Origin: Candidatus Latescibacterota bacterium
Lineage (GTDB): Bacteria; Latescibacterota; UBA2968; UBA8231
Direction: 5' to 3'
Length of the DNA stretch: 64,000 bases
NCBI GenBank assembly: GCA_965206595.1
Contig: OZ242214.1
Location: 4,608,001 to 4,672,000, forward strand
Shown: positions 39,213 through 51,550 of the stretch, piece after piece
Layout: each line of letters starts with the position of its first letter
Numbering within the stretch: the stretch's first letter is position 1
The notes under the pieces: generated by a model
The model's input: the letters and a program-made list of their open reading frames with translations, nothing else
What the model was told of the DNA's origin: nothing
Database searches by the model: none
Translations under genes and position numbers: made by a program

Positions 39213-40386
39213 GGAAGGATTCCATCGCCGCCACGACCTGCTTCAGGTGCTCTTCTTCGTGAGCCGCGGTGACCCCGAAGCGGATCCGCGACGTCCCCCG
39301 GGGAACCGCAGGAGGCCGCACCGCCCGCGCCAGGATGCCGTGTGCCTTGAGATGCTCTTCGGCGGCGGCGGCGGCGGCTGGCCTGCCGAGGATCACCGGC
39401 ACGATCTGCGAGGTGGAGCAGGAGGGTGGGTAGCCGAGGCGCATCAGCCCGGAGCGCAAGGCCGCCCCAAGGTCGAGGACCCGCTTCCGTCGCCACGGCT
39501 CCTCCCGCGCGACATCGAGCGCGGCGCCGGCCGCCGCCACCGCCGACGGCGGCAGCGCCGTATCGAAGATGAAGGTGCGGGCGCGGTCGATGAGGAAGTC
39601 GACGAGGCCCTGGTCGCCGGCGACGAAGCCGCCGATCGAGCCCAGCGCCTTCGAAAGCGTACCGGTGACCACGGCCGGGACGTCGAGGTCGAAGCCCCCC
39701 AGGAGACCGGAGCCGCCGCCGAAAAGGCCGATGGCGTGGGCCTCGTCGACGACCAGCATGGCATGGTGGCGCGACGCCGTTTCTCCCAGGGCATCGAGGG
39801 GCGCCAGGTCGCCGTCCATGCTGAAGACGCTCTCGGTCACGACCAGGCGGCGGCGGGCAGGGGTCCGCCGCAGGAGATCGTCGAGGCGGCCGGAGTCGTT
39901 GTGCGGGTAGGGTAGGGCAGTCGCTCCCGACAACCTGGCGCCGTCGATGACCGAGGCGTGGGCGCGCTCGTCGTAGAAGATCGCGTCCCCGCTTCCGGCC
40001 AAGGCGGAGAGCAGGCCGATGTTGGCCATGTACCCCGAGCTGAACAGCAGGGAGGACTGCCGCCCTGTCATCCGCGCCAGCCGTTCCTGCAGGTCGTCGT
40101 GGAGGGGAGTGGAGCCGTGAAGTAGCCGTGCCGACCCCGCCCCGGCGCCGAATCGGCCGGCGGCCTCGCCGGCCGCTGCAGTCACCTCCGGGTGTGCCCC
40201 AAGCCCGAGGTAGTCGTTCGAGGTGAAAAGGACGCATTCGCGGCCGGCGAGGCAGGCCCGGACCCCGGTGCGGCTCTCCGGAGTCACCACCGACCGCCGC
40301 AGTCCGAGTCGCTCGAGACGGTTGCGTTCCGAGCGCAGGAAGTCAGCCCAGGGTCGAGGTGGACCGGGCGACGCTGTCGAGTCCAT
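39205..40386 (-). CDS. bioF: 8-amino-7-oxononanoate synthase
   Basis: SNDYLGL, HASVIDG, ESVFSMDGD, DEAHA, GTLSKALG. Confidence 0.94.
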   Translation of the reverse strand: MDSTASPGPPRPWADFLRSERNRLERLGLRRSVVTPESRTGVRACLAGRECVLFTSNDYLGLGAHPEVTAAAGEAAGRFGAGAGSARLLHGSTPLHDDLQERLARMTGRQSSLLFSSGYMANIGLLSALAGSGDAIFYDERAHASVIDGARLSGATALPYPHNDSGRLDDLLRRTPARRRLVVTESVFSMDGDLAPLDALGETASRHHAMLVVDEAHAIGLFGGGSGLLGGFDLDVPAVVTGTLSKALGSIGGFVAGDQGLVDFLIDRARTFIFDTALPPSAVAAAGAALDVAREEPWRRKRVLDLGAALRSGLMRLGYPPSCSTSQIVPVILGRPAAAAAAEEHLKAHGILARAVRPPAVPRGTSRIRFGVTAAHEEEHLKQVVAAMESFRG

Positions 40387-41695
40387 ACCTCACCGCCGCG
40401 CAGATCTGCGCGAGCTCGTTCTTTTCAATGGAAAGGGGGGGCATCAGCACCACGGTGTCCCCGAGCGGCCTCACGAATACTCCCCGGTCCCGCGCTCTCA
40501 TGCATGCCCGCCATCCCGCATGCTCCGAGGCGGGCAGCGGCCGCTTGGTGACGCGGTCGGCGACGATATCGACAGCGGCCATCAACCCCTGCTGGCGAAT
40601 CTCCCCTGCGAGGGGATGCTCGCCGAGCACTTCGCGCAGGTTCTCGCCGAGGAAGGAGGCGCGCCTGGCGACCCGGGCGAGGACGGGCTCGCGCTCGAAG
40701 ATATCGAGACTCGCCAGGGCCGCGGCGCAGGCGATCGGGTTTCCCCCGTAGGTATGCCCGTGGAAGAGCGTCTTGCCGTAATCGTGCGGGTCGTGGAAGG
40801 CGTCGTACACGCGATCGCTCGCCACCGTTGCCGAGAGGGGCAGGCAGCCGCCGCTGATCCCCTTGCCCAATACCATGATATCAGGGGTTACTCCTTCGAG
40901 GTCGCAGGCGAACATGGCGCCGGTTTTTCCGAAGCCGGTGGCCACTTCGTCGGCGATGAGCAGCAGGTCGTGTGAACGGCAGAGGTCGGCGACAAGGCGG
41001 AGGTGGCCTTCCGGGGCGACGATCATTCCCGCCGCACCCTGGACCCGCGGCTCGACGACCACCGCGGCGATCTCCCCGGCGCGCGCCGCGAGGAGACGCT
41101 CCAGCGAACCGACGCAAGCGAGGCTGCAGCCGCTTTCCGGCGAACAGAGCGAACAGCCGAGGGCGTGCGGATTGGCGAACCGCAACGGCTCGAACAGGGC
41201 GGCCTCGTACGGCTTGCGGAAGGGCCCGTCGCCCCCAAGAGACGCAGCACCGAGGGTATCGCCGTGGTACGCCATCTCCATTACGGCGAAGCGGCGGCGC
41301 TCCGGGCGGCCGCTGTTGACCCAGAACTGGAGCGCCATCTTGAGCGCCACCTCGACCGCGCTGGCGCCGTCGGAGCTGTAAAAGAAACGGTTCAATCCTT
41401 TGGGGACGTGGGCGGCGAGCCGCTCCGTGAGCTCGATCGCCGGGGTGTGCCCGGCGCCGAGAAGGGTGCTGTGTTGCAACCGCTCCGCCTGGCGCCTGAT
41501 CGCTTCGACGATGTGCGGATGCCCGTGGCCGTGAACAATCGCCCAGAGCGAGGCCACGCCGTCGATGTACTCACGTCCGTCCCTGTCGATGAGGCGGTTG
41601 CCCTCGGCTCGGTCGACGATCAGCCTTGGTTCGCTGTCGTAGCGAGCCATCGGGGTGAAGGCGTTCCAGATGCCAGCCGGGTGCTTTCGAGTCAC
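40343..41695 (-). CDS. bioA: Adenosylmethionine-8-amino-7-oxononanoate aminotransferase
   Basis: GTG start overlapping the bioB stop; IWNAFT, YHGDTLG, DEVATGFGKTG, GKGISGG, HGHTYGGNP. Confidence 0.94.
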   Translation of the reverse strand: MTRKHPAGIWNAFTPMARYDSEPRLIVDRAEGNRLIDRDGREYIDGVASLWAIVHGHGHPHIVEAIRRQAERLQHSTLLGAGHTPAIELTERLAAHVPKGLNRFFYSSDGASAVEVALKMALQFWVNSGRPERRRFAVMEMAYHGDTLGAASLGGDGPFRKPYEAALFEPLRFANPHALGCSLCSPESGCSLACVGSLERLLAARAGEIAAVVVEPRVQGAAGMIVAPEGHLRLVADLCRSHDLLLIADEVATGFGKTGAMFACDLEGVTPDIMVLGKGISGGCLPLSATVASDRVYDAFHDPHDYGKTLFHGHTYGGNPIACAAALASLDIFEREPVLARVARRASFLGENLREVLGEHPLAGEIRQQGLMAAVDIVADRVTKRPLPASEHAGWRACMRARDRGVFVRPLGDTVVLMPPLSIEKNELAQICAAVRYGLDSVARSTSTLG

Positions 41696-42684
41696 GCCTC
41701 TTCGACCTCGAACCCCATGTCCTCGATCATCTGCAGCGCCTCCCTGGTGCCTTGACCCGGGGTGGTGAGGTAACCCTCGACGAAGATTGAGTTCGCCGCG
41801 TATAGGGCCAGCGGCTGCAGCGACCGCAGATGCAGCTCGCGTCCGCCGGCGACGCGGATCTCCCGGTGGGGATGCAGCAGCCGCGCCAGGCAGAGGATCC
41901 GCAGGCAGTGGAGGGGGCTCAGCCTCCACGTCCCCTCGAGGGGTGTGCCGGAGATGGGATGGAGGAAGTTGACCGGTATCGACCGCGGCTCGAGGTCGCG
42001 GAGCGCCATGAGGACGTCGATCACGTCCTCGTCCGTTTCCCCCATACCGAAGATCGCACCGCTGCAGAGGTCGAGCCCGGCCTTGCGCGCGGCCTGCAGC
42101 GTCTTCACCCGGTCGTTGTAACCGTGGGTGGTGACGACGCTGGGAGTGAACCGCTCGCTGGTATTCAGGTTGTGGTTCAGCTGGTCGATCCCGGCCTTTT
42201 TCAGCGCCCTCGCTTTCTCCTCGTCGAGCAGTCCGACACAGGCGCATATCCCGATATCGACCTCCTCGCGGATGTTGCGCACGGCGTCGGCCAGGTATTC
42301 CACCTCGCGCCAGGACGCCCCCCGTCCGCTTGTAACGATGCAGAAACGCTTGGCCCGGGAGCGCTTGGCTGCCCGAGCCTCTGCGAGCAACTGCTCCTGG
42401 CTCACCATGGGGTATTTCTCGATGGCCGCCTCCGAGACCCGCGATTGCGAGCAGTAGCCGCAGTCCTCGGGACAGAGACCGCTTTTGGCGTTCATCAGGA
42501 CATGCAGGTGCACCTTGTCGCCACAGAAGCGGCGGCGCACCCGGTAGGTCTCGGCGAGCAGGGCGGGCACCTCGCTGTCCTGAGAGCCGAGAACCGCGGC
42601 GCACTCCGCGTGCGTCAGGGGCTCCCCGGCGATCGCCTTGTCGGCCAGGGCTGGGAAGCTGGGAATGGTGGAAGTCGTATTCAT
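41692..42684 (-). CDS. bioB: Biotin synthase
   Basis: NAKSGLCPEDCGYCSQS, NHNLNTS, CSGAIFGMGE, PVNFL, AGGRE. Confidence 0.96.
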   Translation of the reverse strand: MNTTSTIPSFPALADKAIAGEPLTHAECAAVLGSQDSEVPALLAETYRVRRRFCGDKVHLHVLMNAKSGLCPEDCGYCSQSRVSEAAIEKYPMVSQEQLLAEARAAKRSRAKRFCIVTSGRGASWREVEYLADAVRNIREEVDIGICACVGLLDEEKARALKKAGIDQLNHNLNTSERFTPSVVTTHGYNDRVKTLQAARKAGLDLCSGAIFGMGETDEDVIDVLMALRDLEPRSIPVNFLHPISGTPLEGTWRLSPLHCLRILCLARLLHPHREIRVAGGRELHLRSLQPLALYAANSIFVEGYLTTPGQGTREALQMIEDMGFEVEEA

Positions 42685-42731
42685 TCTATAGGTGTCCTGT
42701 TGGTAATGTTGCAGGATATGGCGGGATGCCT

Positions 42732-43967
42732 TCAGGGCGCGGGGGCGGAAAAGAGGAGGACGGCGTTGTGGCCGCCAAAGCCGAACGAGTTCGAAAGCAC
42801 CCGTGCGAGCGGCCTTCGGAGCACCTCGCCGCGCACGCAGGAGATGCCCATTTCGTCGATGCTCTCGCAGTTGATCGTCGGCGGGACGGACCCCGACTCG
42901 ACAGCCTTGGCCGCGGCGACCGCCTGGGCAGCTCCGGAGGCGGCGAGCATGTGGCCCGTCATCGACTTGATCGCGGTTACCGGAACGGGGCCCAGCGCTT
43001 CCCCGAGGGAGGCGCCCAAGGCGCGAACCTCGGCCTCGTCGCCTGCCCGGGTGCCGGCTGCGTGGGCGAATATCGCGCTGACCTCGCGAGGACCGGTGCC
43101 GGCCTTCTCCAGTGCCCGGGAGATGGCCTTCGCCGCGGCTGCACCGTTCGGTTCCGGCCTCGTTTCGTGCACCCCATCGGTCGTTGCGCCGTACCCGGAG
43201 AGCTCGGCGTAGACGCGGGCGCCCCGTCTTCTGGCATGATCCAGCTCCTCGAGAACGAGGACTGCGGCACCCTCGGCGAGCACGAATCCGTCCCGGTCGC
43301 GGTCGAAAGGGCGGCAGGCACGCTGCGGCTCGGCGTTGCGCCGCGACAGCGCTCCGAGAGCGTGGTCGCCGGCCAGGGTCAGCGGGGTTATGCAAGCCTC
43401 GGCGGCGCCGGCGACCATCACCTCGGCATCCCCCCTGCGGATGATCTCGGAAGCCTCGCCGAGGGCGTGGCCACCGGTGGCGCACGCGGAGGAGAGGGCG
43501 AAGCCAGGGCCGCGGAGGTCGAGCAGCATCGCGGCCTGGGCGGCGGCCATGTTGCTGAGCATGCGCGGGATCAGCAAGGGACTCGCGGCTTTTCGACCGG
43601 GGATCGGACCGAGGGCGGCGGCGGCCTGAAGGGCTGTGTTTTCGCCGCCGTGGCTGGAGCCCAGCACGATCCCCGAATCGTACGGATCGTGAGCTTCGAT
43701 TCCGGCGTCCTGCCAGGCCTGCAACGCCGCCCCGACTCCGAACAGGGCGTACCTGTCGAGGCGCCGGGCACGTCTGCGGTCGATTTCGGCAGGGAGCGTG
43801 AATTCCGTGACCTCGCCGGCGATGCGCACCGGGAAGGCGCCGGCATCGAAGAGAGTGATCGGACCGACCCCTGACTGCCCGGCGCACAGTCGGTCCCAGA
43901 AACGGGCGGCACCGGAACCAAGTGGAGTCACGGCCCCCAAGCCGGTGACGGCCACCCTCCGGCTCAT
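42732..43967 (-). CDS. Beta-ketoacyl-ACP synthase, FabF/FabB-type
   Basis: VAVTGLGAVTPLG, SSACATG (Cys), PFDRDRDGFVLAEG, AHAAGT (His), KSMTGH (His), NSFGFGGHN. Confidence 0.92.
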   Translation of the reverse strand: MSRRVAVTGLGAVTPLGSGAARFWDRLCAGQSGVGPITLFDAGAFPVRIAGEVTEFTLPAEIDRRRARRLDRYALFGVGAALQAWQDAGIEAHDPYDSGIVLGSSHGGENTALQAAAALGPIPGRKAASPLLIPRMLSNMAAAQAAMLLDLRGPGFALSSACATGGHALGEASEIIRRGDAEVMVAGAAEACITPLTLAGDHALGALSRRNAEPQRACRPFDRDRDGFVLAEGAAVLVLEELDHARRRGARVYAELSGYGATTDGVHETRPEPNGAAAAKAISRALEKAGTGPREVSAIFAHAAGTRAGDEAEVRALGASLGEALGPVPVTAIKSMTGHMLAASGAAQAVAAAKAVESGSVPPTINCESIDEMGISCVRGEVLRRPLARVLSNSFGFGGHNAVLLFSAPAP

Positions 43968-44313
43968 GGTGTCACTGTCTTTGGTTCTCCCGGCCGGATG
44001 GGGCAACGGGAAAGCGAGGCGTGACCGCATATCGGTTCGCGCCGAAGCGTTTCAACGCCCTTCAGGAGGTACGCCTCCAAGGCAGAATTCCCGCGCCGCC
44101 CCGGATAGGCCGGGGGGCCGGAGCCCTGGCGGGGGAAGCCAGCGGAACTGCGGCCGCGGTTGCGGCCGCGAACTCCAGACCTGGGGAACCCTTTCATGGA
44201 TCGATCAGACCCTTTTACAGCTCGTTTTTTTGGTCATACCGAGAATATACACCGGCTGAAGGAGTCCCGTTCGCCGGCAAAACGGGAGCCGCCGGAGGCG
44301 CCGACCATCCTGC

Positions 44314-44342
44314 TTGACAGCCTGTCGATACCACCTTAGCCT
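44314..44342 (+). promoter_or_regulatory. Sigma70-type promoter upstream of nqrA
   Basis: TTGACA-N17-TAGCCT. Confidence 0.55.
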
Positions 44343-44353
44343 GTAAGGCTTGA

Positions 44354-45759
<1,406 letters not shown>

Positions 45760-45760
<1 letters not shown>

Positions 45761-46971
45761 TGAAGCTGCTCAGAGACCTTCTCGACCAGGCGGCGCCGCT
45801 TTTCGAGCGCGGCGGCCGCCTCGAACGCCTCTACCCGGCGTACGAGGCGGGCGACACGTTCCTGTACACGCCTGGAGAGATCACCCGGGGTGCTTCACAC
45901 GTGCGCGACTCCCTCGACCTCAAGCGCATGATGATAACCGTCGTGGTCGCCCTGGTTCCCTGTATCTTCATGGCGATGTGGAACACAGGGTACCAGGCCA
46001 ACCTGGCGATGGCGGAGATGGGGCTGACCTCGGCGGGCGGGTGGCGCGGGGTCGTCATCGACGTCCTCGAGATCGGCTACGATCCCGGCAACATCATCGC
46101 CAACCTGTTCCACGGAGCCCTCTACTTCATCCCGGTCTTTCTCGTATGCAACATCGTGGGGGGTACCTGGGAGGCGCTGTTCTCGACCATTCGCCGCCAC
46201 GAGATCAACGAGGGTTTCCTGGTTACGGGGATGCTGTTTCCCCTGACCCTGCCGCCGACTATTCCGCTGTGGCAGGTGGCCATCGGCATCAGCTTCGGCG
46301 TCGTCATCGGCAAGGAGATTTTCGGGGGCACCGGCAAGAACTTCCTCAACCCGGCCCTGACCGCGAGGGCGTTTCTGTACTTCGCCTACCCGGTGGAGAT
46401 CACCGGCGACAAGATCTGGGTCGCGGTCGACGGCTACTCCTACGCGACCCCCCTGGGCAAGGTGCCCGCCGCCGGCATCGCCGCCCTGAGCGCGACGTCC
46501 CTGTGGGATGCCTTCCTCGGGACCATACCGGGATCGATGGGGGAGACCTCCTTTCTCGCCTGCGCCATCGGCGCCGCCATCCTGATCGCAACCAAGATCG
46601 GCTCGTGGCGCATCATGCTCGGAATGACTCTGGGCACCCTGGTCTTCGGCTGGCTGATGACGCTGGTCGAAAGCGACACCAACCCGATGTTCGCCATGAG
46701 CCCGCTGTGGCACCTCTTCCTCGGCGGTTTCGCCTTCGGTTGCGTGTTCATGGCCACAGATCCGGTGTCGGCGGCGTTCACGAACCGCGGCAAGTGGTTT
46801 TACGGCGGCCTGATCGGGGCGATGACGATTCTGATCCGCGTAGTCAATCCCGCATTTCCCGAGGGGGTGATGCTGGCGATCCTGTTCGGCAACGTGTTCG
46901 CCCCCGTAATCGACTATTTCGTGGTACAGGCAAACATCAAGCGGCGCCTGTTGCGAACGGCTGCCGGTTGA
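45760..46971 (+). CDS. nqrB: Na+-NQR subunit B
   Basis: [57 protein letters not shown]. Confidence 0.96.
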
Positions 46972-46993
46972 GCCAGGGAGGCGAGCGAGCACC

Positions 46994-47773
46994 GTGCCCA
47001 AAGAGACCATCGGCAAGACCTTCTTCGTCGCCGCGGCCCTGTGCGTGATCTGCTCCGTTCTCGTTTCCACCGCGGCGGTTACGCTGCGTCCGACCCAGGG
47101 GGTCAACAAGCTCCTCGACAAGAAGCGGAACATCCTGACCGCTGCCGGCCTCTTCGACGAGAGCAGGCCGATCGACGAGCTGTTCGAGAGCATCGAGGAG
47201 AAGGTCGTCGATCTCGCCAGCGGCGAATTCGTCGACCTTGACCCGGACGAATACGATCAGCGCAACGCCGCCCGCGACCCGGACCAGAGCGTCGCCATCC
47301 CCGCCAAGCGAGACCCGGCAGGCATCAAGCGCCGAGCCAAGTTCGCCGCTGTGTACCTCGTGTACAGGAAGGGCGAGGTCGACAAGGTCATCCTGCCGCT
47401 ACATGGCAAGGGGCTGTGGTCGACCCTCTACGGTTTCCTCGCCCTCGACATCGAAGACGTCAATACCATTCGCAGTCTCGTCTACTATGAACACGGCGAG
47501 ACTCCCGGGCTCGGGGGCGAGGTCGACAACCCTCGCTGGAAGGCGCTGTGGAACGGCAAACGCGCTTTCGACGACGAGGGCAGGGTCGCCATTGAGGTGG
47601 TCCGCGGGCTGGTCGACGCCAACAGTCCGCAAGCGGTCTACCAGGTCGACGGGCTTTCCGGGGCGACGATAACCTCGCGCGGAGTGAGCAACACACTTAG
47701 GTACTGGTTGGGCGAGGACGGGTACGGCCCCTTCCTCGATCGCCTGAAGGAAAAAGGAGCTGCCCATGGGTAA
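46994..47773 (+). CDS. nqrC: Na+-NQR subunit C
   Basis: [28 protein letters not shown] (FMN site). Confidence 0.96.
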   Translation: MPKETIGKTFFVAAALCVICSVLVSTAAVTLRPTQGVNKLLDKKRNILTAAGLFDESRPIDELFESIEEKVVDLASGEFVDLDPDEYDQRNAARDPDQSVAIPAKRDPAGIKRRAKFAAVYLVYRKGEVDKVILPLHGKGLWSTLYGFLALDIEDVNTIRSLVYYEHGETPGLGGEVDNPRWKALWNGKRAFDDEGRVAIEVVRGLVDANSPQAVYQVDGLSGATITSRGVSNTLRYWLGEDGYGPFLDRLKEKGAAHG

Positions 47774-48392
47774 AGCCAGGGAAACGCTGCTGCATCCCGT
47801 ACTGGACGATAACCCGATCGCCCTGCAGATCCTGGGGATCTGTTCGGCTCTGGCCGTGACCAGCAAGCTCGAGACCTCGGTCACCATGTGCCTGGCGGTG
47901 ATCTTCGTCCTCGTGTTTTCGAATGCCGCAGTCAGCCTAATCCGCGCCTACATCCCGACCAACATCCGCATCATCGTTCAGATGACGATCATCGCCTCGC
48001 TGGTCATCATCGTCGATCAGTTTCTCCGCGCCTACGCCTTCGATATCAGCAAACAGTTGTCGGTCTTCGTCGGCCTCATCATCACCAACTGTATCGTGAT
48101 GGGCCGCGCCGAGGCGTTCGCGATGAAGAACGGCCTCTTCATGAGCATGCTCGACGGGCTCGGCAACGCCTTGGGTTACAGCCTCATTCTCCTGGTGGTC
48201 GGGGTGTGCCGGGAGTTGTTCGGCTCCGGCAAGCTTTTCGGAGTCGAGGTGTTCAGGCTCGCGACGGAAGGTGGCTGGTACGCCCCCAACGGGCTGATGC
48301 TCCTGCCTCCGAGCGCTTTTTTCATAATCGGCGTCTTCATATGGGTCCTGCGTTCGTTCAAGACCAAACAGATTGAGAAGGAGGGTTTCTGA
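47766..48392 (+). CDS. nqrD: Na+-NQR subunit D
   Basis: [34 protein letters not shown]. Confidence 0.96.
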   Translation: MGKARETLLHPVLDDNPIALQILGICSALAVTSKLETSVTMCLAVIFVLVFSNAAVSLIRAYIPTNIRIIVQMTIIASLVIIVDQFLRAYAFDISKQLSVFVGLIITNCIVMGRAEAFAMKNGLFMSMLDGLGNALGYSLILLVVGVCRELFGSGKLFGVEVFRLATEGGWYAPNGLMLLPPSAFFIIGVFIWVLRSFKTKQIEKEGF

Positions 48393-49003
48393 TGCTCGAA
48401 GCCTACCTCAACCTGTTCGTGAAAGCGGTGTTCGTCGAGAACATCGCGCTCGCCTTTTTCCTGGGGATGTGCACCTTCCTGGCGGTGTCAAAGCGGGTCT
48501 CGACTGCGTTCGGCCTGGGGGTTGCCGTGGTCGTTGTTCAGGGCATCACCGTCCCGATCAACAACCTGGTTTACCAGCACATGCTCAAGGCGGATGCCCT
48601 GGCCTGGGCGGGGCTCACGGGAGTGGATCTCACTTTCGTCGGCCTGATCAGCTACATCGGGGTAATTGCCGCCAGCGTTCAGATCCTCGAGATGTTCCTC
48701 GACAAGTACGTCCCCTCGCTTTACAACGCCCTCGGCATATTCCTGCCGCTGATAACCGTCAACTGCGCCATCCTCGGCGGGTCGCTGTTCATGGTCGAGC
48801 GCGACTACGACTTCGGCGAAAGCGTGATCTTCGGACTCGGCTCGGGAGTCGGGTGGGCGCTGGCGATCGTCGCCCTGGCCGGCATCCGCGAAAAGCTCAA
48901 GTACAGCGACGTACCTCCGGGGCTGCGCGGACTGGGTATCACCTTCATGACGGTCGGGCTGATGGCGATGGCGTTCATGGCCTTCTCGGGTATTCAACTG
49001 TAA
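48392..49003 (+). CDS. nqrE: Na+-NQR subunit E
   Basis: [36 protein letters not shown]. Confidence 0.96.
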   Translation: MLEAYLNLFVKAVFVENIALAFFLGMCTFLAVSKRVSTAFGLGVAVVVVQGITVPINNLVYQHMLKADALAWAGLTGVDLTFVGLISYIGVIAASVQILEMFLDKYVPSLYNALGIFLPLITVNCAILGGSLFMVERDYDFGESVIFGLGSGVGWALAIVALAGIREKLKYSDVPPGLRGLGITFMTVGLMAMAFMAFSGIQL

Positions 49004-49039
49004 TGGAACCGACCTCTTTATTACGGACAGTTCGCAGCC

Positions 49040-50281
49040 ATGACTGAGATCGTCTCCGGGGCAGGCATGTTCACCGGCGTCGTCCTCGTGCTGGTGGGGA
49101 TCATCCTGATTGCCCGGTCGAAGCTCGTTGCCACCGGCGACGTGCGCATCCTGATCAACGACGACGAAGATCGCTCGCTCACCATACCGGCCGGCGGCAA
49201 GCTGCTCAACGTCCTCGCCGACAACGAGATCTACGTTTCCTCGGCCTGCGGCGGCGGCGGCACCTGTGCCCAGTGCCGGGTCAAGGTGCACGATGGAGGC
49301 GGGGAAATCCTGGCCACCGAGCTCGAGCACGTAACCCGCCGCGAGGCACGCGACGGGGACCGCCTCTCCTGCCAGGTCACCGTCAAGCAGGACATGAAGA
49401 TCGAAGTGCCTGCCGAGGTCTTCTCGGTGCGGCGCTGGGAGTGCGAGGTGGTGTCGAACGAAAACGTCGCCACCTTCATCAAGGAGTTCGTGCTGAAGCT
49501 GCCCGAGGGGGAGATCCTCGATTTCGAGTCCGGCGGCTTCATCCAGATCGAGGTGCCCCCGTTCGAGTGCAGCTTCCGCGAATTCGAGGTCGACGAGCGC
49601 TTCCATGAAGACTGGGACCGGTTCAACGTCTGGAACCTTCGCACCGTCAATCAGGACCCGGTCTTCCGCGCCTATTCGATGGCCAACCACCCGGCCGAGG
49701 GGAACATGATGATGCTCAACATCCGCATCGCCACCCCGCCTGTCGACCGCGCCACCGGAACCTGGGAAAAGGTGAATCCCGGTGTAGTATCGTCCTACAC
49801 CTTCAAGCTGAAACCGGGGGACAAGGTGACGATCTCCGGGCCCTACGGGGAGTTCTACATCCAGGATACCGACCGCGAGATGGTCTACATCGGCGGCGGC
49901 GCCGGCATGGCCCCGTTGCGCTCCCACATATTCCATCTGTTCCACACCTTGCAGACGAAACGCAAGGTCTCGTACTGGTACGGGGCGCGCTCGAGCAAGG
50001 AGCTGTTCTACGAAGAGCACTTCCTCGACATCGAGAGGAGCTTCCCGAATTTCTCCTGGCACGTGGCGATGTCGGAGCCTTTGCCCGAAGACAACTGGAC
50101 CGGGCACACCGGCTTCATTCACCAGGTGGTGCTCAAGGAATACCTGAGCAAACACCCGGCTCCCGAAGACGTCGAGTACTACCTGTGCGGCCCGCCGATG
50201 ATGTTGCAGGCGGTGCTGCGCATGTTCGATGATCTGGGCGTCGAAGAAGAAATGATCCGCTTCGACGATTTCGGTTCCTAA
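49040..50281 (+). CDS. nqrF: Na+-NQR subunit F
   Basis: [42 protein letters not shown]. Confidence 0.97.
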   Translation: MTEIVSGAGMFTGVVLVLVGIILIARSKLVATGDVRILINDDEDRSLTIPAGGKLLNVLADNEIYVSSACGGGGTCAQCRVKVHDGGGEILATELEHVTRREARDGDRLSCQVTVKQDMKIEVPAEVFSVRRWECEVVSNENVATFIKEFVLKLPEGEILDFESGGFIQIEVPPFECSFREFEVDERFHEDWDRFNVWNLRTVNQDPVFRAYSMANHPAEGNMMMLNIRIATPPVDRATGTWEKVNPGVVSSYTFKLKPGDKVTISGPYGEFYIQDTDREMVYIGGGAGMAPLRSHIFHLFHTLQTKRKVSYWYGARSSKELFYEEHFLDIERSFPNFSWHVAMSEPLPEDNWTGHTGFIHQVVLKEYLSKHPAPEDVEYYLCGPPMMLQAVLRMFDDLGVEEEMIRFDDFGS

Positions 50282-50379
50282 GGAGCGGCTGCGCCCCGGA
50301 AAAACGAATTTGCCCGACCCGGGCAGGCAACTGCCCGGGCGGAAACGCCGCGTGCGTCCCGCCGCCGCAGGTGAGGTCG

Positions 50380-50619
50380 ATGGAAACATTCCTCTCAGCT
50401 CTCGTGGTTTTCACCCTCGTAATTTCCGCCATGGCGGTCGGGGTCATACTCGGCAACCGCGCCATCAAGGGTTCGTGCGGGGGCTTGGGCGCCCTGCGCG
50501 ACGAACTCGGACAGCCGATGTGCGAGTGCGGAGCCGGAGAAGGGGATTCCTGCGCCGGTGGCCGGGAAGGCTCCATGTACCGACCTCGGCTGGAGTCGGG
50601 AAAGGCGGTCGCTAGCTGA
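50380..50619 (+). CDS. nqrM: Na+-NQR maturation protein NqrM
   Basis: Single TM followed by IKGSCGGL...CEC; located after nqrF. Confidence 0.85.
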   Translation: METFLSALVVFTLVISAMAVGVILGNRAIKGSCGGLGALRDELGQPMCECGAGEGDSCAGGREGSMYRPRLESGKAVAS

Positions 50620-50802
50620 GGTGATCGCCGCGCGGGATCCCGCCGCGCAGCGGGAATCCGGTACGCATCGGCTGGGTCTCGGGCGCGATGGGAACGGCAC
50701 CCCGGAAGCGCCCCCCCGGATCCCACATCAGGCCGCAGATCAACCCTGTCGAAGGGCCGCATTCATCCCGCAGGCCCCTGCCCTCGCTGTGGATTCAGGA
50801 AT

Positions 50803-51093
50803 ATGACAGACTCGGACCCAGCCAGCCCGGATGAAAAGGGCCAGACTGGCAAAGCCCTCAGCTCCTTCGCGCAGGCCGGGGGCTACATCGGATCCGGCTT
50901 CCAGTTTGCCGCCGCGATTGCCGTCGGGTTGTTCGCCGGGTGGTGGCTCGACGCCAAGCTCGGGACCTCCCCGCTGCTGCTGATCGCCGGATGTCTGGCT
51001 GGCGCAGTGTCAGGTTTCTGGTACCTCGTCCGCAGTCTCGGCGGCAGCACCGGGAAAAAGGGCGGACACGGAAGAGGAGGGACCCCGCGCTGA
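50803..51093 (+). CDS. AtpZ/AtpI-family protein
   Basis: GFQFAAAIAVGLFAGWWLDAKLGTSP pattern; heads the atp operon. Confidence 0.85.
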   Translation: MTDSDPASPDEKGQTGKALSSFAQAGGYIGSGFQFAAAIAVGLFAGWWLDAKLGTSPLLLIAGCLAGAVSGFWYLVRSLGGSTGKKGGHGRGGTPR

Positions 51094-51404
51094 TGTGGGA
51101 GAGTGTTCTCTTCGGCCTGGGGCTCGCTGCCGTCAACGCCGCCGCCGCGTGGCTGACGATACAGTGTTCGTGGAAGCGCAGCCCGGCCTTCCTCGTGCAG
51201 GCGTTCCTCGGGGGCATGTTGGCGCGTCTGCTGGCGATGGGCTTGGCGCTTGCCCTGATCTTCAAGTTTTCCGCCGTGGAAAAGGCTCCCTTCGTCGCCG
51301 CTTTCGCAGCGGCTTTTCTCGCCTTTCAGGTCGCGGAGATCGCTTTGGTAATTCGCAGGCGCGAAACCGAACGCTCCCGTCCAGAGGGCTTCGGCGGACC
51401 CTGA
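51093..51404 (+). CDS. ATP synthase protein I-like membrane protein
   Basis: TGATG coupling to the upstream gene; hydrophobic with GGMLARL; upstream of atpB. Confidence 0.7.
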   Translation: MWESVLFGLGLAAVNAAAAWLTIQCSWKRSPAFLVQAFLGGMLARLLAMGLALALIFKFSAVEKAPFVAAFAAAFLAFQVAEIALVIRRRETERSRPEGFGGP

Positions 51405-51435
51405 TTCCCAGGGTGGAGATTGCAGTCGAGGCCAT

Positions 51436-51463
51436 TTGACAGAAGCGGTGGTCCCCTTAAGTT
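51436..51463 (+). promoter_or_regulatory. Sigma70-type promoter upstream of atpB
   Basis: TTGACA-N16-TAAGTT. Confidence 0.5.
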
Positions 51464-51550
51464 TACCCGGCTGAAAATCCCGCAGTCGAAGTATCCGATT
51501 CGTTTCCGCGAAAATAGTGCCGGTTCTGGTAGCCATCGAGTTGGGGTTGA

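Noticed and set aside
40343-43887. Apparent long BioA (753 aa) and BioB (731 aa) fusions
   Set aside because: The extensions are off-frame reads of upstream genes; true starts are 41695 and 42684
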